From the NCBI RefSeq assembly GCF_009914755.1, contig NC_060937.1: 64,000 nucleotides of DNA; one strand, written 5' to 3'. The translations under genes and the position numbers were made by a program. The stretch is from the human T2T-CHM13v2.0 reference genome, Homo sapiens. The notes beneath the pieces are model-generated. The model was not told where the DNA came from. It did no database searches and saw only the letters and a program-made list of their open reading frames with translations. Positions within the stretch are counted from its first letter, which is position 1. Each line of letters begins with the position of its first letter. Of the stretch, positions 1 through 12,430 are shown in pieces.

Positions 1-474
1 GCAAACCAATCCCCAAATGCAGAAGGATTTGAGAAATCAAAGAATGAAGTAGATAAATCAAGTTAGTCAGCAAAAGGCAATTTATTGGGGAAGTTAGGGA
101 CAGAAGCGTTGTCTTCAGCAGCTGCAAGACAGGTAGATCTCTGCACTGTTACCCCCTATACCCAGGGCTTATATATCATAGGGAAAGGGTATCATGCTTC
201 AGAAGGAACATATAGCACAATTGAAGTTTACCCTTCAGGGAAAGGCAAGAATGAAATATGCTTTTTTGGCTATAATTTGCCTAAGGGCAGGATTGATGTT
301 AAGTACATGTTTATAACATAAATGTTGTTTTGATCTAAGGGTAAGAGTTACAGTAAGTGCTTTTCCACAAGGGACAGTAAAAAAAGTATAAATCTTAGAG
401 ACATTCCTGCAACTGGAGTTAATCAGAAGTCAACATGAATTACCATCCAAGATGGAGTTGCTTTAGCCTCAACA
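1..474 (-). mobile_element. ERV solo LTR (LTR47-like), probably running off the window start
   Basis: Minus strand starts TGTTGAGGCTAAAGCAACTCCATCTTGGATG. It has a TATATAAG box near 170 and AATAAA (tttatt 81-86) in LTR order. Family name from memory. Confidence 0.7.
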
Positions 475-963
475 GTAGTCAGTAACCATTCTTGTGAAGC
501 CAGGAAAGAACCAACATGTCTCGCCTTAAGTTAGACCTGTGGGTGCTACCTCATAACCTCTACCAAAGCCCATATAAGAAGCTGAGTCTTTAAAGACTGA
601 AGAAAATCTAAGCTCCAAAAAAAAAAAAAGAGGAAATTATATATTATACAAACAAACAAACCATCTTAAATAATTACAAATAATTTTATATAATCAATTT
701 AATATATAATCAATTCAAAATCCATTAGATCTTTTGCTACAAGACTGCTTTTACAAAGTCATCTCTTCGGGGAAAATAGTCCTTAAGTTCTTGAGTCAGT
801 TGCCTACTCCAGTAATATGGTTGTTGTTCATTGTGGTGATATTAGCGTAAACCAGTTACCTATTCCTTACAATATCAATAACCAAGGGCATTTGCTTCAC
901 TTCTTTTATATTTATTAATCACATATTAAAATGCATTATGTAAAGGAACAATAATAATAATAA

Positions 964-1165
964 TAACTGAGGCAAGTCTCAGTTAATTTTGAGGTTTATT
1001 TTGCCAAGGTTGAAATTGTGCCGGTGGGAGGAGAGTGGGATGGGGTGGAAGAACAAACAGAAATCACATCTGTGATCCATACTTTTCCCAAAGAGAGTTT
1101 TGAGCAGTTCAATATTTAAAAGAAAAAGAGTAAGCAGGAGGAGAAGGAAGAAAGAAAAAAAATGG
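964..1165 (-). mobile_element. ERV1 MER4-group LTR fragment
   Basis: gtctcagttaattttgaggtttattttgccaaggtt and ttcaatatttaaa resemble the reverse-complemented 3' end of MER4-group LTRs. Confidence 0.5.
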
Positions 1166-1669
1166 AGGAAGGTAGTTGCTACCTTAGTATTTATATTTTC
1201 TTTCTTATCTATGATTAAAGATCAATCTATTTAAAATAACTTGTTTCTGTAGAATGCATGAATGACAGATTTGGATGATTAGATAATTTCCGAGAATTTC
1301 CTCCAACTCTGTTCACAGTTACATATTATTGCAATTATAAACACAGCATTGTAATTGGCTAATTAAACTTCTTCTTTGTGAAAGGGGTAAAAGCTTTTCT
1401 TCTTTACAGATAACAGACAACTACCAGCAATTTCAATTCACATAAAAATAAACGTATGTGCAAAACCTATAAGAAAAACAAAAACACTTTTAAAGAGAAA
1501 GAACCCTGAAAACGTATAGTTGCCCAATTTGTCTTATATAAATTGTTACCATTTTTCACATTCATCAGAAATAATTTATTTCTCATTCACTGGATTTTGC
1601 TATGTGCAAACCAAAGAATTCCTTATATTAACAGTAAACATGGTCATAAAACTAGCAATCTTATTATTC

Positions 1670-1909
1670 TACTTCAGCTGGGTTGTTTTGCCTAAAAATC
1701 CTACTCTTGGAGATATCTGGCAATATTTGGAGACATATTTGGTTGCCACAGCTAGAACAACTTGAGTGTAGGGTTAGAGTATTACTGACATTTTGTGAGT
1801 AGAGGCCAGGGATATGATGAAATATTTATATTGCACAGGATAGTCCCTAAAATAAAGAATTATACAGCCCAGAATATCAATAGTGCCAAGGAAAGGTTTT
1901 GAAATCCTG
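1670..1909 (+). mobile_element. MER20 (hAT-Charlie non-autonomous DNA transposon)
   Basis: Colinear blocks ggcaatatttggagacatatttggttgccaca, gtagaggccagggat, tgcacagga and aaagaattatacagcccagaatatcaatagtgccaagg match MER20. Confidence 0.85.
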
Positions 1910-3021
1910 CCCTACTTCATGTTTCCAAAGCTACCACAGACTATTGGACAGAAAAGCTGTTTTTGTTTTTGTTTTTCACACCCAGAGACCTCATATTAGA
2001 TGCTTGGCACCTAATTGAAAGATGGATGTGGTGCTGCAGATTTTCACTCTTAAAGACTGTATTCAGATCTTATCACTTCCCATCTGAAACATACATAAGA
2101 AACATATTTCTCAGTTGTTGATTTTTCAAATGCAAACAGACCTTAACCAGATCAAATAAATAGGTGAATAATGATCAGATTTTGATATTGGAGATACTGA
2201 AAATGAACTTATAAATTTCTGGGTCTCAACAAAAACTAATCTATAGGTTATAGCAGTTTTGGTACAGGAAAATTAAGATAAGAAAAAAAAATCTTAATTT
2301 TTTTTCTGTTTTAGTGGATTGCAACTCAGCAAGCCCATCTAGAACATTACTACTTACAGTCAGTTTAACAAGCTAAAGAAATGTATCGTTCTTCAGCATC
2401 TACAAAAGATAGAACAGTAAGGATCCCAAAAGATAAAATCTTTTATACTAACTCATTATAAGGTTTAGCCCCATTCATTATTTTATGGGGTATTGATACA
2501 TATTAAAAAAAATAGAGGAGAGAGAGAGAGAGAAATATAATGAAAAGGTAAGAAATACTCAAGGTTCAAAAAAAACCAAAAAATTTTAAAAAACAAAAAG
2601 ACTATATGTATCGCAGAAGCACAGTTTAAGCATATAGGTTTAATGAGAGATAATGATAAGCATTCATTTAGGTGAGTTTGTTCTGGAATGTGATGGTGAT
2701 GGCAAGAAATTGACACATTTTTATACAAGTTTTTCAGTATTTTTTCTTAAAATATTGTGCTACTTAATTATTTTTGCATATTGATAAGTTATATGTTACA
2801 TAAATTCATGTAAATAAGACATATACATTGTTAAACAAAATTCATAACTTTCTGATTATTTTCTGGATCATCTTAGCATTATTTGTACTACAAATGGCCT
2901 ATGAGTATAAAAATTAATACTTGCAATACTTTGTTATATTTCTGTAATGCTTTGTTATATTTCCCTTGTAAAGAAAGATCAAATTAAAACTGTCCCTATC
3001 TATATTTAAGAGTAAGAAACT

Positions 3022-4820
3022 AGGGGAAGCAGCAGAGCAAGATGGATAAATAAAGCCTTTACCACTCGTCCTCTGCACAGGAACACCAAATTAAACAACT
3101 GATCACCCAAAAAAGTACCCTTATAAGAACCAAAAATCAGATGAGTAATCACAGAGTCTTAAATTCACATCACTGAAAGAGGCACTAAAGATAGCAGGAA
3201 AGACAGTCTTAAATTTCTAATGCCACTCCTCCCCCATCCTCTAGAAACAGTTGTGAGGCCTGAAAAAAGAATTTTTCCACTTGTAGGAAGGAGATCACAA
3301 TGATTGTGGGACTCTGCATTAATACTCAGTCCTGCCCTGTCACAGTGGAAAGCAACACTGAGCAGAACTCAGTCAACACCCACGGAGGGAGCTTTTAGAT
3401 CAGCCCTAGCCAGAGGGGGTTCACTCATCCCATCAGTAGGAATCTGAGTTGTGGCAAGCATCACTACAGTGGGCTGAAGGGCTCTGGGTTCCTAAGTGAA
3501 TTTGAAGGGCAGTAGAGGCTACAGGAATGCAGGTCCTGGGCAGGTTCTGGTGCTGTGCTGGGCTCAGGGCCAGTGGACTTGGAGAACATGAGATGTAGTG
3601 AGACACCAGCTGGGACAGCTAGGAGAGTGCATGTGCCAACCCTCCGCAACTCCAGGCAGCACTGCTTGCAGCACTGAGAGAGCTGACTCCTTCAGCGTTA
3701 GGAGAGGTGAGAGAAGAATAAAGAGGACCTTGTCTTGACATTTGGATACCAGCTCAGCCACAGTAGGATAGGGCACTGGCAGAGTCCTGAGAGTACCATT
3801 TCCTGCCGTTGCTCCTAGATGACATTTCTGGACACACCCTGTGCCAGATGGGAATCTGTTGCCTTGAAGGGAAGAAGCCAGTCCTGGCAGAATTCATTAT
3901 CTGCCGACTAAACAGCCCTTGCACCCTGAATAATCAGCAGTGGTAGCCAGGCGTTACTTGCAGTGGGCCTTGGGTGAGACTCAGAGATATGCTGGCTTTA
4001 GGTGTGACCCAGCACGTTCCCAGCTATAATGAGAAGACTCTTTCTGCTTGAGAAAAAGTTAGGGAAGAGTAAAGGTTTTTTTTTTTTTTTTTTTTTCTTG
4101 CAGTTTAGGTACCAGCTCAGCCAAGTGGAGTAGAGCACCAAGTGGACTCTTGGAGTCCCTAATTCCAGACTGTGGCTCTTGGATGGCTGGATGGCATCTC
4201 TGGACCTTCCTTGGTCCAGAGAAAAGCCCACTGCCTTGAACAGAGACTATTAGGCCTGGCAGAATTCACCACAACTGTCTGAAGAGGCTTTGTCCTTGAG
4301 TGAACATTGGCGGCAGGCAGACAGTACTCATGGAACTAGAGCAGTGGTAAGCATAGGGAAGAGACTCTTCTGTTTGTGGAAAGAGGAGAGAAGACTGAGA
4401 AAAAACTTTTTCTTGAGGGGTGTGTGCCATCTCAGCCACAGTAGATTAGCGCACAAGGGAGATTCCTAAGGTTTCCAACTCTAGGCCCTGGCTCCCAGAT
4501 GGTATCTATAGATCCTGCCAGGGCCTGGGGGGAATGTGCCATGCTGAAGAGAAGCACACAAGCCTTGCTGGCTTTGCCACTGGCTGATTGTAGAGTGCTA
4601 GAGCTTTAAGGAAACATGGGTGATAGCTAGGTGGTGGTTATCAGGAGCCTTGGTTAAGAGATAATACTATGCTGGCTTCAGGCCTGAGCCAGTGAATTCC
4701 CAGTACTGGTGGCCACCAGGGTGCTTGTGTCATCCAAACTGGGAAAAAAAGAAGTCAAATTTTCCCAGTTTGAAGGTGATATAATCTTATATTTGCAAAA
4801 ACTTAGAGTATTAAAAAAAT
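3022..4820 (+). mobile_element. Host L1 (L1MA3-like), 5' part: 5'UTR fused to a short ORF2 RT fragment
   Basis: Starts gagcaagatgg, followed by a GC-richer, internally repetitive L1M 5'UTR. At ~4731 it jumps to ORF2 sequence catccaaactgggaaaaaaagaagtcaaatt...gatataatcttatatttgcaaaa. Confidence 0.8.
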
Positions 4821-4890
4821 GGAGAAAGATGGTGGAATAGAAGTCTCCAATATCATCCCTCACACAGGAACACGAATTTAACAGCTGTCT

Positions 4891-4920
4891 ACACACACAC
4901 ACACACACACACAAACACAC
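4891..4920 (+). repeat. (CA)n microsatellite in the L1 5'UTR
   Basis: Direct reading. Confidence 0.9.
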
Positions 4921-6756
4921 AAGAACAGAAATCGGGTAAGCACTGTAGTACCTGGTTTTAACTTCATACACCTGAAAGAGGCAATGAAGAGGTAGGAAAT
5001 ACTGTCTTGAATCACTTATGTCACTACTCCTCCACCTCTCCAGCAGCATCTTGTTGGGGAGAGCATTTCTCTGCCCCGGGGAGGAGGAGAGGGAGAGCCA
5101 GTAATTGTCTGGCATTGAACTGAATGTTCCCCTTGTTACAGCAGAAAGAAAAAACCAGACCAAATTCAGTTGATGCCAGCCCATGAGGGGAGCATTTAAA
5201 CTAGCCCTAACCAGAGGTGAATCATTGATCTCAGTGGTTGGAACTTGAGTTTCCATAGGCCTTGCCATTTTGGGCTAAAGTGCTCTGGGGCTCTAAATAA
5301 ACTTAAAAAGGCAGTGTAGGCCACAGCATAATAGGGCACCAGTAAGAGTCATGAGGCCCCCTTTCTAAGCCGTAGCTCCTAGATAACATTTCTAGGCACA
5401 CCCTGGACAGAAGGGAACACACTGCCTTGAAGGCAAGGACTCAGTCCCGACAGGATTTATTACCCACTAACTAAATAGCCCTTGAGCCCTGAATTACCAA
5501 CAGCAATACCTAGGTGCTATGTCAAGGGCCTTAGTGAGACTCTAAGACTTGCTGGCTTCAGGTGAGACTCAGCACATTACCAGGTATGGTGGCTACAGGG
5601 CAACATTCCCACTGATTGAGAAAAGTGGAGGAAAAAGTAAAGGGGGCTTTGTCTTGCACCTTAGGGGTCAGCTCAGCCACAGGGGTGTAGAGCAGAAAAC
5701 AGGTTCTTGAAGTCTTTGATTCCAGGACTTGGCTCTTGGATGGCATTTCTGGATTTGCCCTGGGCCAGAAGGGAGCCCACTCCACTGAAAAGTGAGTCAC
5801 AGGCCAGGGAGCATTCACCACATGCTGACTGAGGAGCCCTTGGGCTGTAAGGAAACATCAGCAGTGGTCTTACAGTACTCCCCATGAGCCTGAGATGGTT
5901 GTGGCCATGGGGTGAGGTTCCTCTACCTCTGGAAAGAGAGGGAAGAGTAGGAAGAACTGTGTCTTCTGGTTTGAGTGCCAGTTCAGCCACAGTACAATAG
6001 AACACCAGGTAGACTTCTGAGGTTTTTGACTCTAGTCCTTGGCTCCAGGATGGCACTCCTGGATCCACCTGGGGCTTGGTGGAAATTACCACCCTGAAGG
6101 GAAGGACATAGGTCTGGCTGGCTTTGCCACCTGCTGATTGTAGAGCCCTAAGGCTTTGAGCATACATAGGTAGTAGCCAGGGAGTGGTTATAGCAGGTTT
6201 TGAGTGAGACTTAGTGCTGTGCTGGCTTCATGTCTAACCCAGAACAGTCTTAGGGGTGGTGGCTTCAGTGGTGCTTGTGTCACCCCACTCCCACCTCCAG
6301 GTGACTTAAAACAGAGAAAGGGAAAATCTGTTTGGAACAAAGTAAAGGAAGATAACAAGAGTCTCTACCTGGTAATCCAGAGAATTATTTCAGGTATGTT
6401 CCAAGACTATGAAGGCAGTGTGCTGTGAGTCTGAAGGAACCACAGTATTCCTGGGCTTGGGGTCCTCTAATAAACAGATGCAGCTCAGATCACAACACCT
6501 AGGTCCTTTTGAATATCTGGAAACCCTTCCCCTAAAGAATGGGTAAAATCAAGCCCAGACTACACAGACTATAATAAATACCCAATTATTCAGTGCCCAG
6601 ATACCAAAGAACATCTACAAGTATCAAGATGATTGAGGAAACCATGACCTCACCAGATAAACTAAATAAGTCACCAGGGACCAATTTTGGAGAAACAGAG
6701 ATATATGAGCTTTCAGAAAGAGAATTCAAAATAGCTGTTTTTAAAAAACTCAAATA

Positions 6757-7130
<374 letters not shown>

Positions 7131-10100
7131 TCAAGCAGAAATTCTGGAGTTGAAAAATGCAATTGCCATTGTGAGGACTATATCAGTCTTTTAATAGCAG
7201 AATTGATCAAGTAGAAAAAAGAATTAGTGAGCTTGAAGACAGGTTATTTAAAAATACACTGTCAGAGGAGACAAAATAATAATAATAAAAAAGAAGCACA
7301 TGTACAGGATCTAGAAAATAGCCTCAAAAGAGTAAATCTCAGAATTATTGGACTTAAAGAGGAGGTAGAGAAAGAGATGGCATAGAAAGTCTACTCAAAA
7401 AAATAATAACACAGGACTTCCAAAGCCTAAAGAAAGGTATCAATATCCAAGTACAAGAACATTATAGGACACCAAGAAGATTTAACCCAAAGAAGACCAC
7501 ATTAAGGCATTTAAAAATCAAATTCCCTGAGGTGAAGGATAAAAAAAGGAAAGAAACAACATGCAATGGATCTTCGATATGTTTGGCAGCAAACTTTATA
7601 GTGGAAACCTTACAGCCAGGAGAGAGTGGCATGACATATTTAAAGTGCTGAATGAAGAAAAACTTTTATCCCAGAATTACATATATGTAATTCTCCTTCA
7701 AACATGAAGGAGAAATAAAAACTTCTACAAAAAAGAAAAAAAAAAAAGCTAAGAATTTCAGCAACACCAGATCTGTCCTATAAGAAATGTTACAGGGAGT
7801 ACTACAACCAGAAAGAAAAGGACTTTAATGAGCAACAAGAAATCATCCGAAGGTACAAAATTAACTGGTAACCATAAGTACAGAGAAATACACAGAATAT
7901 TATAACATTGTAATTGTGGTATGTAAACTGCTCTTATCTGAAGTAGAAAGACTAAACAATGAACCAATTCAAAATAATATCTACAGCAACTTTACAAGAT
8001 ATAGACAGTATAAGAAGATATAAATAGTAAAAAACAAAACTAAAAAGCATAAGGATGAGATAAAGGCATAGAGTCTTTATTAGTTTTCTTTCTTTTTGTT
8101 TGTTTGTTTATGCAAACAGTGTTAAGATACAATCAGCTTAAAATAATGGGTTAGAATATAGTATTTGCAAACTTAATGGGAATCTCTAACCAAAAAAACA
8201 GACTGACACACTCACACTCAAAAGGAAGAAACTACATCATATCAACAGAGAAAATCACCTTCACTAAAGGAAGGCAGAAGAGAAAGATAGAAGGGAGACA
8301 AGATCACAGAACCACAAGAAAACAAATAAGAAATTGGCAGGAATAAGTTTCTACTTATCAGTAACAACACTGAATGTAAAGAGACCAAATTCTCCAATCA
8401 ATAGACATAGAGTAGCTGCATTGATGAAAAAGCAAACCCATTGATCTGTTGCCTACTAGAAACACACTTTAGCCAAAAGGACACAAGTAGACTGAAAATC
8501 AAGAAATAGAGATTCCATGCCAACGAAAGCCAAAAGAGAGCAGTACTCACTATTGGAATATCAGAAAAAAATAGATTTCAAGACAAAAACTATAAGAAGA
8601 GACAACAAAGGCCACTATATAATGATAAAGAGGTCAATTCAGCAAGAGGATATACAATTTTAAATATATATGCACCCATCACTGGAGCATCCAAATATAT
8701 AAAGTAAATAATAATAAAGCTAAAGAGAAATACTGTAATACAATTAAAGCTGTAAACTTCAACACTCCAAGTTCACTATTAGACAGATCTTCCAGACAAA
8801 AATTCAACAAGGAAACATCAGACTCAGTTTGCACTATAGACCAAATGGCTCTAAGAGATATTTACAGAACATTTTCTTTAATGGCTCAAGAATATACATT
8901 CTTTCTGTTAGAACATGAATCATTCTCAAAAGTAGATCATATATTAGGTCACAAATCAAGTCTCAAAACATTCAAAATAATTTAAATAATATCAAGCATC
9001 TTCTCTGACCACAATGGAATAAAACTGGAACTCAATGACAAGAGGAATTTTGGAAACCAAACAAACACATGGCCATTATGCAATATGCTCCCGAAAGACC
9101 AATGGATCAATGAAGAAATTAAGAAGGAAGTTGAAAAATTTCTTAAAACAAATGGTAATGGAAACAAAACATACCCAAACCTATGGGATATGTCAAAAGC
9201 AGTAATAACAAGGGATTTTACAGCTCTAAGTGCCTATATCAAAAAAGAAGAAAAACTTTAAATAAACAATTTAACAATGCACCACAAAGAACTAGAAAAT
9301 CAAGAGAAAACCGAGCCCAATATTAGTAGAAGAAAAAAGCAATAAAGATCAGAGCAGAAATAAATAAAATTGAAATGAAGAAAATCCAAAACATCAATGA
9401 AACAAAAAGTCAATTTTTTGAAAAGTTAAACAAAATAGACAAACCTTTAGACAGACTAAATAAGAAAAAAAAGAAAGGAGATTCAAATGAATAAAATAAT
9501 TGTTGAAAAAGGAGACATTACAACTGATACCACAGATATTCAAAGGATCATCAGTGGCTACCATGAGCAATTATATGCCAATAAATTGGAAAATCTAAAA
9601 GAAATGGGCAAATTCCTAGACACATAAAACCTACTAAGATTGAACCATGAAGAAATCCAAAACCTGAACAGACCAATAATAAGTAATGAGATTAAAGCCA
9701 TAATAAAATATCTCTCAGTAAAGAAAAGCTAGCAACTGATGACTTCATTGCTGAATTCTACCAAACATTAAAAAAGAATGAATACCAATCTTACTCAAAA
9801 TCATTCTAAAAAATACAGGAGAGAATATCTCCAAACTCATTCTATGAGGCCAGTTACCAAATTAGACAAAGACACAACAACAACAAAAAAGAAAACTACA
9901 AGTCAATATCCCTGACAAATATTGATGTAAAAATCTTCAACAAAATATTAGTAAACCAAATTCAACAATAACATTAAAAATATCATTCATCATGAGCAAG
10001 TGAGATTTATCCCTGGGATGCAAGGATGATTTAACTTGGCAAATTAATTAATGCAATACCTCATAGCAACAGAATGAAGGACAAGAACCATATAATCATT

Positions 10101-12430
10101 TCAATTGATGCTACAATAGCATTTGATAAAATTCAACATCTCTTCATGGTAAAAACGCTTAAAAAACTGAGTAGAAGGAACATAACTTAACATAAGAAAA
10201 GCCATACATTACAGGCTCATAGCTGGTATCGTACTGGATGGAGAAAAACTAAAAAACCTTTCCTCTAAGATCTACAACACAACAAAAATGCCCTCTTTCA
10301 CCACTGTTGTTTCACATGTTACTTGAAGTCTTAGCTAGAGTAATCAGAGAAAAAAAAAGATAAAGGTCAGCTAAATTAGAAAAGAAGTCAAATTATTCTT
10401 GTTTGCAGATTATATAATCTCATATTTCAAAAAACCTAAAGTCCACCAAAAAATATTAGAACTAATATATTCAATAAAGTTGCAGGATGGAAACTTGACA
10501 TTCAAAAATCAGTAACATTTCTATGTGCCAACAGTGAACAATCTGAAAATAAAATTTAAATAAGTAATCCCATTTCCGATAGCCACAAATAAAATTAAAT
10601 ACCTAGAAATAACTTAGCAAAATAAGTGAAAAAATCTCTATAATGAAAACTATAAAACACTGATGAATGAAATTCATGTCACAAAAAAATTGACAAATAT
10701 TCTATGCTTCTGAATTGGAAGAAGCATTTTTAAAATGTCCATACTACACAGAGCAATCTACAAATTAAATTCAATCCCTATCAAAATACCAATGACATTC
10801 TTCACAGAAGTAGAAAAACAATCCAAAAATGTATTTGTAAGCACAAAAGAATACACAAAGCTATCCTAAGCAAAGACAACAAAACTGAAGGAATCATATT
10901 ACTTCACTTCAAGTTATAACATGGAGCTATAGTAACCAAAATGTTATGGAAGTGGCATAAAAACAGGCACTTAGACCAATGAAACAGAATACAGAACCTG
11001 GAAACCAATCCACACATCTACAGTGAACTCATTTTTAGCAAAGTTGCCAACAACATAAAAGACAGTCTCTTCAATAAATAGTGTGGAGAAAACTGAATAT
11101 CCCTACACAGAAGAATGAAACTAGATGCCTATCTCTCACCAAATACATTCAAAACAAATATATTAAATACTTAAATCTAAGATCTCTCATATTATAAAAC
11201 AACTAAAAGGAAACATTGGAAAAACTCTGCAGGACATTGAGTAATACCTCATTAGCAGAGGCAAACAAAGCAAAAACGGACAAATGGGATCACATCAAGT
11301 TAAAAAGCTTCTACACAGCAAATAAAATAATCAACAAAAAATGAAGAGACAACCCAGAGAATGGAAGAAAATATTTCTGTCAGGGAATTCATAACCAGAA
11401 TATATAAGGAACTCAAATTACTCTGTAGGAAATAGTCTAATTATCCAATTTAAAAATAGGAAAAAGAATAGACATTTCTCAAAAAAAGACACAGTTCACA
11501 AAGAGAAACATGAAAAGGTGCTCAAGATTATTGATCATCAGAGAAATGTAAATCAAAACTATAATGATATATCATCTCACCCCAGTTAACATGACTTATA
11601 TCCAAAAGACAGGCAATAATAATAAATGCTGGCAGTATGTGGAGAAAAGAGAACCCTTGTACACTGTTTGTGGGAATGTAAATTAGTGCAACCACTATAA
11701 AGAACAGTTTGGAAATTCATCAGAAAACCAAAAACTGAGCTACCATATGATTCAGCAATCCCACTGCTGAGTATATACCCAAAAGAAAGAAATTCAGTAT
11801 ATTGAAGAGATATCTGCACCTCCTATGTTTGTGGTGGCACTGTTTCCAATAGCTAAGATTTAGAAGCAACCTAAGTGTCTGTCAATATATGAATGGATAA
11901 AGAAAATGTACTTATACATGGTAGAGTACTATTCAACTATTAAAAAATGAGATTCAGTAATTGCAACATGGATGGAACTGAGGGTCATTATTTTAAGTGA
12001 AATAAGCCAGGCACAGTAAGACAAACATCACATTTTCTCATTTATTTGTGAGATCAAAATATCAAAACAATTGAAACCATGGAAATAGAGAGTAGAAGGA
12101 TGGTTACCAGAGTCTGGGAAGGGTTGTGGGCCTTGGGGGCAAGGTAGGGATGGTTAACAAATACAAAAAAATATTGTTAGAAAGAATGAATAAGGCTTAG
12201 TATTTGATAGCACAACAGGGTAACTACAATCAATAATAATTTAATTGTATATTTTAAAATAAATAAAAGAGTATTATTGGATCATTTGTAACATAAAGGA
12301 CACATACTTAAGGAAAATCCCATTTTCCATGATGTGATTAGTACATACTACATGCCCTTATAAAAACATCTCATGTACTCCATAAATATATAAACCTACT
12401 CTGTACCTACAAAAGTCTTACATAAAAAAT

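Noticed and set aside
4678-5268. Longest ORF (196 aa, minus strand)
   Set aside because: It is antisense across an L1MA 5'UTR and an insertion junction, and includes CVCVCV from a (CA)n tract. It is not L1 ORF0 and has no recognisable domain.
3400-6300. Recurrent 300-400 bp units (ccagctcagcca..., ccactgccttgaa...)
   Set aside because: This is the internal repeat structure of L1M/L1MA 5'UTRs, present twice because of the nested L1s.
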